NCBI GenBank assembly: GCA_048013815.1
Contig: CM106585.1
Coordinates: 2,170,001-2,234,000 of the forward strand
Length of the DNA: 64,000 nt
Direction of reading: 5' to 3'
Origin: Setoptus koraiensis
Lineage: Eukaryota > Animalia > Arthropoda
This document shows positions 1-12,237 of the stretch, piece by piece (within the stretch, counting starts at the first letter, position 1; every line of letters begins with the position of its first letter). Made by a program: the position numbers and the translations under genes. The notes beneath the pieces were generated by a model. That model was not told the origin of the DNA and searched no databases. It was given only the letters and a program-made list of their open reading frames with translations.

Positions 1-547
1 ACACCTTCATATTGGATATACCGAGTAGTTCTCTCAAACATTGATTCTCTGCTTGAAGCCTGGTCAAGAGCTCCATGAAATTGTTGTGGTTGTTGTCATC
101 TATGTTTATGGCCTCCTTCATGACTGTGGCCATCTCAACAATCTTTTCTGTTTTTTCATTTACCTCACTTGTCTTGTCTATATTGCCACTAGGAGCTAGT
201 TCCCTCTTGTTCAATTCTAACAGTTGTGTCACTTGTGCTCTGTATTTAGACATTATTAGATCTAAAGCCATCTGATGGTCCTCTAAAGAGTATTTGAGTT
301 CCTTATTCTCTTGCTCCAGATATCTTATCTGACAGTGCTCACGCTGTATAGAATCTATAATGGAATTTCTCAAATTGAAATTTGTTTGTGAGTTTATCGC
401 TTTGGCGTGCTCCTCATATTCCTTCATCAATGTTAGTTTAGTGTGTAAATCTTGCGCTGAGTTGAGAACATTCTTAGAAATATTGTCGCAATCTTCCAAT
501 TGGGCACAAACCCTTTTGGCCAGTTCGATCCCGTTTGTAGCGGTCAT
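1..547 (-). CDS. FGFR1OP2: FGFR1 oncogene partner 2 / SIKE family coiled-coil protein (STRIPAK component), 5' part; ORF runs off the window's left edge
   Basis: Manual translation from ATG at 547, open for 182 codons with no stop or intron: MTATNGIELAKRVCAQLEDCD...QREHCQIRYLEQENKELKYSLEDHQMALDLIMSKYRAQVTQLL...KIVEMATVMKEAINIDD...RLQAENQCLRELLGIS. This matches the family motifs QENKELRTSLEEHQSALELIMSKYR and EMAAVMRKAIEIDE. Not in the ORF track because there is no stop inside the window. Confidence 0.9.
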   Translation of the reverse strand, partial: MTATNGIELAKRVCAQLEDCDNISKNVLNSAQDLHTKLTLMKEYEEHAKAINSQTNFNLRNSIIDSIQREHCQIRYLEQENKELKYSLEDHQMALDLIMSKYRAQVTQLLELNKRELAPSGNIDKTSEVNEKTEKIVEMATVMKEAINIDDNNHNNFMELLTRLQAENQCLRELLGISNMKV

Positions 548-688
548 TTTATACCTTTTAGTAGTGATAAATGGTAGTGATTACATAAATGATTTCTATG
601 AAAATAAATAAACGTAAACAAATCAATGAATATTTGATTTGTTTACTTTCAATTTTCCAACATCGAACAGTTGTCGAAGTAAAAGAAG

Positions 689-704
689 TGGCGCGAAATT
701 TGAA
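689..704 (+). promoter_or_regulatory. CDE/CHR-type (E2F/DREAM) element
   Basis: TGGCGC-gaaa-TTTGAA: a GC box, 4-nt spacer and CHR consensus TTTGAA, 142 bp upstream of the FGFR1OP2 ATG. It also contains GGCGCGAAA, the reverse complement of the E2F site TTTCGCGCC. Confidence 0.5.
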
Positions 705-2818
705 AGTTCAAACAACCAAATTCAATTGTGATATAGAGGACGATTAACTAACACTACAGTGAGTATGAATGAGATAATGAATGAATGAATTATATCTGAT
801 GATGAGGATGATGCTCCTTTAATCCGACTGCTGTTGCTGCTAACAACTTTCTTCGGCTACCACTCATACTACTGTTACACCGAGTTATTTGTGAGTATGT
901 GTGTGTTGTAATTAAAAATTATAATTGCTAATTTTAATTGTAGGTTTGGCCCAGCTATTATCATGGTTGCTCATCGTATCATTGGGTAAGTAGATACTAA
1001 TGATTCGCTTCTTTCAATTCGGCTCCATTCAATACCTTAAACAACAACTTGCACATTGTTGTTGCATATCAGTTGCAGCGACGACGAGAGACGAGAGAAA
1101 GAAACAAGAGCTTCGCAATTGCATGGATAAAATAATGAAAATAATAGTAGTAGTGATAAATGGAATTATTTAAATATTTGAATTTGTGTGCGCATCAACA
1201 GCAACAACAGTCAATTGGGGAAGCATCTCGACCAATTCATTTTATAGGCACTCACACTTGTACTCATAGATGGATTACCTGTAGCGTTATGTCGGTGCCG
1301 CCTATGTTTTTCATCATTTATCCAACCTATAATATGAGTGTGTGTGTGTGTGTGTGAGTGACCTCTAACAAGTTGATTAATTGTTGATTGTATGATAGTC
1401 AAATTAATAGTTGTTAAAAAATATCTTTCTCTCTCTCTCTCTGTTTCTGACCGATAGAATGTATCCCATTTCAACTGTTACATTGAACGAATTAAATCAG
1501 CTCTCTGCTTGCCACCGATTCCATTGATCAGACAATCAAACGATTCATTAATGTTGCAACATAGTTGTGTTTGTGTGTTGCGCAATCAATGTTGAGATAT
1601 TGTTGCTATTAAAACTCATTGGAAACACATTATCGCTGCCACTCGAACCTGATACGCAATACAATCAAATGTAATGTTAATGAAATGTTGCATAACTAGC
1701 CATTGAATGCGCACAATTGGCCCGTTTAATTGTTGGCTAGTTGCATGCAAGGCCAACAATTAGACTATCTATATTTATATATCTCTATATGAACACACCA
1801 TTCATGATTCATCTTTTTTTCTGAGGGATCTTTTTTGCGATGCCTGATGCTGCAACGTTTAAAAAAAAAACACAGCAAGTCTGTTTATATATATGATACT
1901 TGGTTACTTTTTTTTTATTCGTAACCAACACTCACAGTGTACTAACACATTACTGGCTGCAAATAACTAATCTGGCTAGAAATAAAAAGAAACTTTGTTT
2001 GTGCACCTGTTAGCACCAACAATTTTCAATTTCAAAGATGATTAGCATGGGTGAATGAATGAATTTAATTGTGTTCGTCCGCTAACTTGAAGCAGCTAAT
2101 GATCGTACATGCAAAGCAACGAGTGAGAGATAATCGAAAAGAAGATGGCCAACCGTTTCATTGTTAAAACATCTGGCACACCCAAATGAAAAGACTAACT
2201 AACTAACCGTCTCTCATTCAAATCCATCCAACAAACAACAACAGCATGTAATAGCAATAATACATGATATAAAATAATAAGAACACATTTCATTTCGATT
2301 TGAATTGTTATAGGAGAGCCAATAATCGAATTGCAACGTGCGCTCTCGCATCCATAATTGACCATTATATTATAATAATTTGAATAAATTGTCCCTCTGT
2401 CGTTCAATTGGCTTGTTTAGAATAACTTTTTCACGCAGTGTAATTGTTGGTGGCACTAATCAAATTACCGCTTGTCCGTAATCAATTAAGCACAAGCCGA
2501 GAGAGGAACAGAATCATTACTCATCTCACTTGCATTGACATACTTCATTCGGCGTCATCTTAATTACAGCAACTGAATAATTGGGCGCAATGTTGAGCTT
2601 ATTTAACCAATTCGCTTTGCTCGCGTACAGTTGCAAAATGACAATCGTATAATTGACTTGGTAGTATGACATTGCGCTTAGTTGGTGTTCGTTTGCACCA
2701 ATTGTTTGCATCTATGAGAGTTTCAAATTACATTAGGTGGTTATGGCGCGGGCAACAATAGATATTTTGCAACAATAGATACAGATTCGGTTGATAGTTG
2801 CATGTTTGTCTCATTACA

Positions 2819-2854
2819 TTTACAAACTGATTTACAAACTGATTTACAAACTGA
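2819..2854. repeat. 12-bp tandem repeat x3 (TTTACAAACTGA)
   Basis: Three perfect adjacent copies. Confidence 0.95.
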
Positions 2855-5800
2855 TATCGATGAGTATTCGCAAAATGAGGCCAGGCAGGACATTCGCTGA
2901 CGGTGTTGCTCGGTTTGTCGGCAAACGAATCATGGCAACAAATGATTGTTGGCATCTGTAGCAAATTGTCAACATTAACTGGCTGCAGTTTGGCGTCTCA
3001 ACAGTGACAACAGTGACAAAAATGGAACACAAACATGGAATGATACAGAAGTTGTTTTGGTGTACAGCACCAGCATGAAACTAGTTACTGGCTGTGTGAA
3101 TACAGTGTGAGTAGAGCATATGCTCACTCGACTAATGTCTCCAAATGATCGAGTCAGTAACTAATCAACTTCACATGTTTGTTGTTTGCTGTGATTAAAG
3201 TCGCTTTGATTGGCACATGACATGACAAAGAATATATACTTATTCTTTGTTTTGTTTTGTCTCATGGCTTGTGGCTAGCATTCTTCTCTAATTGATTGTA
3301 TTCAAGTTGGTAGCTGAACTCAATGATAGGCCAAAGCGACTCGACTGACCACTCAACGACAACACAATTTCTCGTGTCACCCGAAAACCACACGGTGCCA
3401 GTGCGCTTTGTGCGAGTCCAGTTCAACGACAGCAAGCAAGTGCCTATAAGAAAAGAAGGCCGAAACAGAGCCAAAACGAGCGTCGTTGTTGTTCGAACTC
3501 TATAGGAACTTTATAGAAATAGATAGGACAGTTGATTATAATAATTAAAATACAAAAACTGTGATAACTTGTGCATTTGTGCGCTTTAAAGAGGCCGATT
3601 GTTGTGACTGAGTCAGCAGTCGTTTATGTTGCGCACATTGGAATGCGATTCGTTGGCGTCGCATTAGCCGTCGGCATTGTCCATCGAGCGCAATTCTTTT
3701 GCCATTCTCTGGCGATTCTTTTGCGATTCTTTGGCGATTCTCTCGCAATTCGCTGGCGATTTGCGCCGTTTGGGCGTGGATCGTCACGTGCTTTAATTTT
3801 GGCTTTTCGTTTTTCGGACACAACAACACATAATGCGGTTTTTACAAAATCACGACTGTGACTGTCGGTTAGTCGGTTGTGGTCAAGCGTTCGTTGGCCA
3901 TTGTTGTCGGTGCCGGGCTGCTAGCGACCGCAGTCGTGCTTGCAGCGTGTGTGACCATGGCCAAACTAATAATCGTGATTATGTAACAATGTTGCCGCTG
4001 CCGTTGCCATCGTTAAATATTAACAGCAAAAGCAGCAACTTGTAAACTCAATAATATCACGAAGTGTTTGACATTGAGTTGTATGGTCAGTCGGTTGATC
4101 TCGTTGCCAATACAACGGCACTATTACGGCTCGCCCATTACAACGGAACTCGTTCGCATCATCGGCGGCTAACTGAGCCGCTTGCTTGCTAGTTGCCGCT
4201 GAGCCCGATTTATCATGATGTAATCACTGTGATAATAATCATAGTATCAGATAAACACAAATGTTATCAAATTTCAGTTTGTTGTTGTTGTTGTTGTTTA
4301 GTGTGCTAATTGCGAGAATTAATGCTATTTGTTGGCAACATTCATGCCATTCAATTGTTATAAGCTGGCACTCTCTCACACAAACAATAGACAGAGGGCC
4401 AATAATTAAATAAGAAACAACAATAACAACAAATTGGGCCAAACACACACACACACAGTTTGTCTCATCACGAAATCATGACGATACTGGCCATAATAGT
4501 GGCAACACTAACACTCACCGTATCACTATTACATCATCATGCGTAGTACACTCTATACACAATTAAAACACACACAAACGCAGCCTATAATGCCAAACAA
4601 TTGGACAGCACACATATCCCGCATAAATACATAAATATAAACGCAAATGTTAACAAACAAATACCAAATGAGCAAAATATCTAATGTGAGAGCGCGCGTA
4701 ATACGAGAGATGTGATGGCGAGCCTATAGCTGACAAACGCAATTGAACAACAATGCAACAATAACATATAGACACTGGATCATATTATTACATGTATTAC
4801 ATCACACAGCATGTATAGCAGCTCGCCGGCGAGTTGCAATTGAGCCGGCCTATATGTCGTTGGCGTTGTAATGACCAGGTAATAAGTTATATATTTTTGC
4901 GAGCGAGCAATCTCTTGCGGCTTTTGGCAATAATCGGCCAGGCTCACCAGTGCTTGTGCTTGTGAGCAATGAGATGATATAATCCGTGCGCCATTCATTG
5001 GATGCAATTATGGACACACAAAACGAAATGTGATCTTATGTTTATATGCCAAGCGAGCAAATATCGTGCAAAACAATGTTATATATATAATAAATCATCA
5101 TGTTAATAATTAGATCTCACACTGGCCAGTTGTATCATATATACTCAATATACTCATATTCAACACACAGTCTAGACATTGGGCCACTGGCACGAACAAC
5201 TGGCGACTCAAGTGAGGCCAAATAAACGATATTGGAGATGACGACACTTGAACAATTTGTGCTTGAGTCAACTCTGGTTGTGCACGCATATTACACACAC
5301 ACACATATTGCATAATATTCATACTTATTCATATCAAGATAAATTGCCTACGTTCTGTGCCTACTTTACTGTACTTTGGTGTGTCTATAAATATACTTAT
5401 ATCTTACTATTATTACTCCGACTACATGTATTACTACTACTGGTATTACTATTACTGGTACTAGTGTTATTACTATTACTATCACTATTATTATTGTTAT
5501 GTTATTAGAGAGAGAGAGAGAGAGAGAGCAGCCGATGAAATTATTGAGAATGATGCAATAAGGAGTTTGCAAATTGTTGAGAACAATCGAACAACAACAA
5601 CAACCATCGACAACTGCAATCAACAGAGTTAATATAATAATAATAATGATAATCAAAGTGGCGCTTGTTGTTGCTGCTGCTGCTGCTGTTGTTGTTGTTG
5701 TTGTTGTTGGTCGGGGTAGCCGTCATGAGGCAAAATCACATGTACCAATCAAATGATGAGTGGTACCATTGTTTCGTCCGCTGACCAATGGGCAGTCTTT

Positions 5801-6164
5801 TCATTTTGTTTGCACTGTACACTGTATTGGCGTGTGCCATGGATGGAGCGTCATCACAAACGCCAATGTTGTCTTTGTTTGTGTCTCTAGATAAAATGTT
5901 CTCTTTCGTGTCTAGCAATTTATTCCATTATATTCTATTTTGATTCCTCTATTTCTAGCAACCATATACCGTATGCATGCCCACTAGTTATTTATAATAT
6001 AATGTAATATAATACAATATAATATAATATACAAGTTATAGATTTAATCATGTTGATCAATGGGCATCGATTGAGCAGCAAGAACGACTATTAGGCAGCT
6101 TTGATTTATTGCATCTCATCAATACTAGACACCAATCACTATTCACTTCTTGAGTGTTTCTATG

Positions 6165-6202
<38 letters not shown>

Positions 6203-8536
6203 ACTCTAATAAATACTCTCAATCTCTTTCAAACAAACACACAGCTACAGAGAATCATGTGATCTCATTGTATTGTCGTTGATTGCCATCACAATTGACT
6301 AAATGACTGACTGGCTGGCCCGCTAACTGACATTCTGCTCACATGTGTGCTCACTGCAATCTGACAATCTTGTGAGTGACCACATAAATGACGCAACAGT
6401 CAGCCGCAATACTATTATTATATAACACAATATTATCGTAGCATAATATCCGTAATAACCAGCAATATCAAAAAGCAATCAGCAGCCATTGTTGTCATGC
6501 TGTATAATGGTTCATGTTATATAATATGGTTATATAATATTGTTTTGTTTTTTAGTTTGCAGTTGGTTCGTGCATTCGCAGATTGAGATGATCAGTATCA
6601 ACGAGATGAGAGAGTACACTCATTCATGACTAACCAAATTATAGTGCGGCTGATATTTCAAATTATTTTGCAAATATCAGCCGATATAAGCACGCTATAA
6701 ATGATATTAAATCAAATGGACTCCATCCACTATCAAAGTATTTGTTGGTGGTATCAAAAATACGATACCACTAACAAATACTCGTATCAAATGGCCATTT
6801 ACACCCATCGTTTCGATAGATTGTTGCTGCCATTAGCCAAAAATCGATTTCTTGCCTCTTTTTCTAGATTGCATTTGCATACTTGCACGTGCCCAATATA
6901 TATGTATATGTGGCTAAATGTGGCGCTGTTTGATGGTCCATTTAGACCCACGTATATTATATTACGTCTACATGCATTATGTCGTATATTAATGCCACAC
7001 GCAGTCACGCAATGCCTACGAAATGTCTACAAATAATCTCTCGACATTTCTCTCTCTCTCTCTCTCTTGTTTTTGATGGTTTCGCCCCAGTTATTTATAC
7101 CTATCTTTGTATGAATGACATTGGCAATTTATCGAATGTGTCCGCCATAACAAAATAATGAGTTTACCGCCAATTTCAACTGCTCGCACCGGCAGCTCCA
7201 ATTTACTGTGCCTTCACTACATACAACTACCACATACAACTACTATATACAACTACTATATGCAACTACTACATACAACTACTACATACAAAGCTCTCCG
7301 GCGCGATCAAAACGAGATTGAGCTTAATTGTAGTTGTTGAGTGCAACAACAACAATTATTATCACTATCCAGCAAACATTATGGAAATGGAGATGGAAAT
7401 AAAGATAGAGATAAATGGAAAGATAATAAATGAAAAGACTTGATATTTGATATGCATGTCACGACTCATGATATTCGCAGCAGCATGATACTCGCCAAAC
7501 TTATATATCTATATAAGTTGTTGCAATGCCAATGCGAGATGTTGCTTCGGCTCGATATAGGCACATGCAATTGGGAGAGAAGAGCAAAAAGAAGTTGACA
7601 CAACGGAGACATATGTCATTTATTAGAGATGTTCAACTTATCAACATGCCACACACACACTGACATTGCCTAGTATATTTGTGTCAGCCTATACTCATTG
7701 TCGTCGTCGTCGTCGTCGTCGGCCTCTCGATGGTCGCGCTGTCAGTTAATGAGTCACTAGTCTAACCAACACTCATTATATTGTTGTTGTCTGTCAAAAT
7801 GGTCTCATCTGTTATTATTATTATTATAATATTGTTGCTACATCTGTTGCTCAATACAATCTGTTTGACTCGGATTCAGCTTCAGCATGAGCTTTGATTT
7901 TGACTTCAACTGAGACTCTCAATTCAACTTTAAATTTAAATTGTGCCGCTCTCTCTCTCCATCATGTAGAGCAGTCGGATGTATGATGAATAGACAATAA
8001 ATAGCAACCACAAAACACACTGAGAATAATCATGTGATTTCCATTGTGTGTTTGCAAATGATGATGATGATTCATCATTTGCATCATTCGAGATAGAGAG
8101 GGGCGCACTCGAGCACTTAAAATCGCTCAATGTCTCCTCGCAGTATCTGCTCGCAGTATCTGCTCGCAATGTCCGCTCGCAATGCGCAATACGTAACTCT
8201 CGACGATAACACAACGTTTTCGCCAAGATTGTGTTTATATATGTGTTAATATATATTGTATATTGTGGCAAGATATGAGATTGCTGCATGAATGATACGC
8301 CGCAGCCGGCTAGCACGACGATGACGAGCAGCATGATGATACAAGATACAAGAGATTAATCATTTCTAGCGCACATTTCTCACAGATCTACCCAGCGAAA
8401 AGTCATACAAAAGTCATCTCAATTTCTCAATTTCGCCCAAGCGAGGGCGTGTCGCTGTAAATGGTTGTTGCCGGTCGTTGTTGTCGGTTGTTGTTGTTGG
8501 CGAACGTCGTTGGTTGTTGGCGAACGGCGAGAGGCG

Positions 8537-8570
8537 CAACAACAGCAACAGCAACAACAACAACAACGGC

Positions 8571-8602
<32 letters not shown>

Positions 8603-8646
8603 CGGCAACAACAACGGCAACAACGGCAACAACAACGGCAACAACG
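8537..8646. repeat. (CAA/CAG/CGG)n trinucleotide tract, preceded by a GTT-rich tract
   Basis: Direct inspection. Explains the six overlapping homopolymer ORFs at 8414-8789. Confidence 0.9.
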
Positions 8647-10718
8647 ATGCGCATTCTTCGGCAAAGTCCAAGGTGCACATAATGCCCAATGTGTTTGCAT
8701 TGTGTTGTGTTGTGTTTTTCAACATTTATCCTTATCTTGGCGCTTATAGGCCCAGTTATTGGTGGCTTGTGCTTGCAGTTAAACAATAATAAGCGTATTG
8801 TATTATGTTTGTGTGTTCATTGTATGCGAGTTTATTGATTGCATATAGAGATTAATTGAGCCGGTGCGCACAGAACCCGAGCGAGAGAAATCTTTTCTCG
8901 CAGATAGATAGAGATCGAAATTGAATGAAATCGACAAGACGAAAAAAGTCGCTGTCGGTCGTTGCTGCTGGCTGCTCTTGCCGGGGGCTATTTACTGGCG
9001 AGCATGCACAGCAGCGACTGCAACATGCAACTTGCAACACGAATTTTATTTATTGGCATTCTTTGTTGCGGCAAACAATAAGCAACCAATACATGATCTA
9101 AATCAGATCAGATCGGATATTTGTGCGAACGCGGGGCCCGAACGCAGGCCACAACAATGTCGCTAGCGTTGGGCATTGTCGGCAGTGTCGCTGTCGGCCA
9201 CTTAAACCAAAAATCATTTGCTCGCACTGAGAAGTTTGAACGTGTCGCCACAGCCTCAGCCGTAGCCGCAGCCGCAGCCAAAACATCAGCTAATGATGTT
9301 TTGGCCAGCCCGTGTTTTGTGGCAAACGCGCCCAATTGCAACTGCACACAGGCCACAACAGGTAAGCGACTGTTCACGTTTGGCCCCTTTTACTTACTAC
9401 TTTTACTTACTACTTTTGCATGCCCAAATGGCCAAATGGCCACATTTTTGCCACAATGAGCAACGTCGCCAACGCTACAAACTTTCAAGTACAAACCGCT
9501 ACAGGCTATATGTATATATAAATATTGTATATTTTGTATATAAAATGCACAGATACGCACGGTAGAGATACACATAATACACGATACATAACACATGATA
9601 CATAACACATGATACAGGCATGATAATAGAGGGATAAAGTGAGTGATATAATGGCAATTTATAGTATGGCGCGTCGCAAAAATTGAAAATTAGAGAACAT
9701 ATGGAATAGTTAAAAGAGAATGGATAATATTTTCAATTAGGCAGCCAGACGATGCGCCAGCCAGTGATGAATTACACACAACGAGAGCGCATATGTGTCA
9801 CAAAACAACAACAACAACAACAACAGCGACGCCAGCAGCACCATTTGATCTCTTTAATGATGATGGCGCCACTAATTGTAATTCAGCTCCTCACTTGCAC
9901 TGCCTGACAAACACAATGCCCTCGCTGCAAAACGCTGCATTGTATCAGATATTTTTGTACTATTTCTGTTTGTTTCTCTCGCACAATCGTGGCTTCGCAA
10001 TACGAAATTCGCACCACTAAATTCGCACTACGAAATTCGCACTACGAAATTCGTACTGCGAATTTCGTATCCCATCATAGGATTCTGTTTGATACTTTGC
10101 CTTGTCTTGTTCGCCATTGTTGTTACCGGTCGTTGTGTTACTTGTTGTCTGACGAAATTTTGTTTCAACAGAACAAATATTCGCCACACATACATACGAT
10201 GAGATATATATAAACGATATAAACGATATGAACGAGATATACGATATATACGAGGCGCGATATTGCGGCATTGGCGTGAATTCGGAATGAGGGCCCATTA
10301 TAGGACACAAAAGTGTGCTTGAAGGTGCGTCAGATAGAGGGCGCTGCGCGCCCAACAATGCGCTCAACAATTCAATCGACTCGACTGCGCGCATACTACA
10401 ACTACTGCAATAAAGTTGTTATACACACTTATAACTTATAGATATTTATACATACACACACACAAATATATATAAGTATAAATGTATACAAATATATGTT
10501 AGTGTATGTGTGTTCTGCTCATGCTCAGTAGAGCGAAACCATTTCGAGAAGAGAATCGAGAATCGCCGAGAATCGGCGTTCGAATTGCGATTGCCAATCG
10601 CATTTGTATTTATACTTGTGTGTTGATTGCAGTTGTTAGCACTTGTAGTTGGCGGCCAATTGTCATTTGAGCCATCGTTTGAGTTATCATTTGAATAATC
10701 GTCGCAATTGTCATCACA

Positions 10719-11389
10719 ATGATGAACATAAACATCGAGGGCCAGGTAGCCACAGATCTTAGCCTATCGTCTAATTTGCATCATCAACAGCAACAACAAC
10801 AGCAACAACAGCATCATCATCATCAACAAGCACAAATGTTCAGTTTTAATCATCATCATCACCACCAACAACAACATCACAGCCTGCACAGCCAGGTCGC
10901 TGCCGTTGCGGTTGCAGCAGCTGCCGCTCATCAACACCAACAGCAACAACAGCAACAACAGCAGCAGCAACAACAACAACAACAACATCTACAAAATCAA
11001 CACCGACACTACAGTCAGGCAACTCTGCATTATGTTGCAACAAACGAGTGTCGCCTAATTGATTATAGGGGCGCCAGAATCGCCGCATTCTTGTCGGCCC
11101 CAAATCCAAATGTCACCCCGGCTCTGGCGGCAAAACATTCGCACACTCAACAAAGCGAATACTTGTTATGTTTGCCGCAAGCCTTTGAGCTGTTTCTAAA
11201 ACATCTCGTTGGGGGCCTGCACACAGTGTACACAAAATTAAAACGTTTAGATATTATTCCCATTGTTTGCAATGTGGAACAAGTGCGCATATTGCGCGGC
11301 TTGGGCGCCATTCAGCCGGGAGTCAACAGATGCAAGCTGTTATCTACGCACGACTTTGACATATTGTTCAAGGATTGCACCACCGCCAG
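10719..11389 (+). CDS. dac: dachshund, coding exon 1 (poly-Q/H N-terminus plus DD1/Ski-Sno/DACHbox-N domain)
   Basis: NECRLIDYRGARIAAF...LLCLPQAFELFLKHLVGGLHTVYTKLKRLDIIPIVCNVEQVRILRGLGAIQPGVNRCKLLSTHDFDILFKDCTTA is the DD1 domain. Donor CAG|GTAAGT at 11389/11390, phase 2. Confidence 0.97.
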
Positions 11390-12155
11390 GTAAGTTCTTT
11401 CAATCACTACTCTTATTTCTACTCTTTTGATGGGCGCACTTGGCACTTCTGTGCCAAGAAGCGCGCACTCGTTGATAATAAACGGTTGATTGCTCTCTCT
11501 GAACAATCTCTGGAAACTGTCACTGCTTCTGTCACTGCTTCTGACACACCAGCTGACTGATCATTGTCTGACAGATTGTCTGACAGAAAGAGGCAATATT
11601 CAGACCATAAACTGACCATTGATCGGGCGAGCGAGTGCATCGACACCGATTCTCGTCGTGTGTCACTTATATAGGCACAGTCGCTCCACCTATAAGCCAA
11701 ACGGAAACACAACAGAAGCACAATAATAACACCAATGGTAACACAATCGAAACGCAACAGTGACAACGACCGAAATCTGTCCGTCTGTTATAGGTTGCTG
11801 TTCGGCGGCGACTGGAGTGCACTTGTCACATGGTGTGCTGTTTGTTGTTCATTGTTTGTCGTTTGTCATTTGTGGGCTCAGCACGCATTGGTCGCTCAGT
11901 CGCTCAAGCAAAACCATTGGTCACTTTGTGTTGTCATTTGCGCACAACGCGAACAAGTGCGCACCACAGTGCAGCAATTATTTTGCTGTCACTTTGCAAT
12001 GTCGTCAACTGTCACTCAAGTCAGCTGACAATGTGACAACTACATGTCAAAACTACCAGTCGACCGCTGGTGCTTTGTAGGCTTTGTAGCGACAATGGCA
12101 ACATTGGCGAGCAAGTGGGAACAAGTTGACTCATTGTCACTTGTGTTACCGCTCT

Positions 12156-12237
12156 CACCAATGGACACCAATGGACACCGATGGACACCAATGGACACCA
12201 ATGGACACTGAGGGACACCGAGGGACACCGAGGGACA
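12156..12237. repeat. 10-bp minisatellite x8 (CACCAATGGA drifting to CACCGAGGGA)
   Basis: Eight adjacent units with a polar gradient of variants. Confidence 0.9.
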
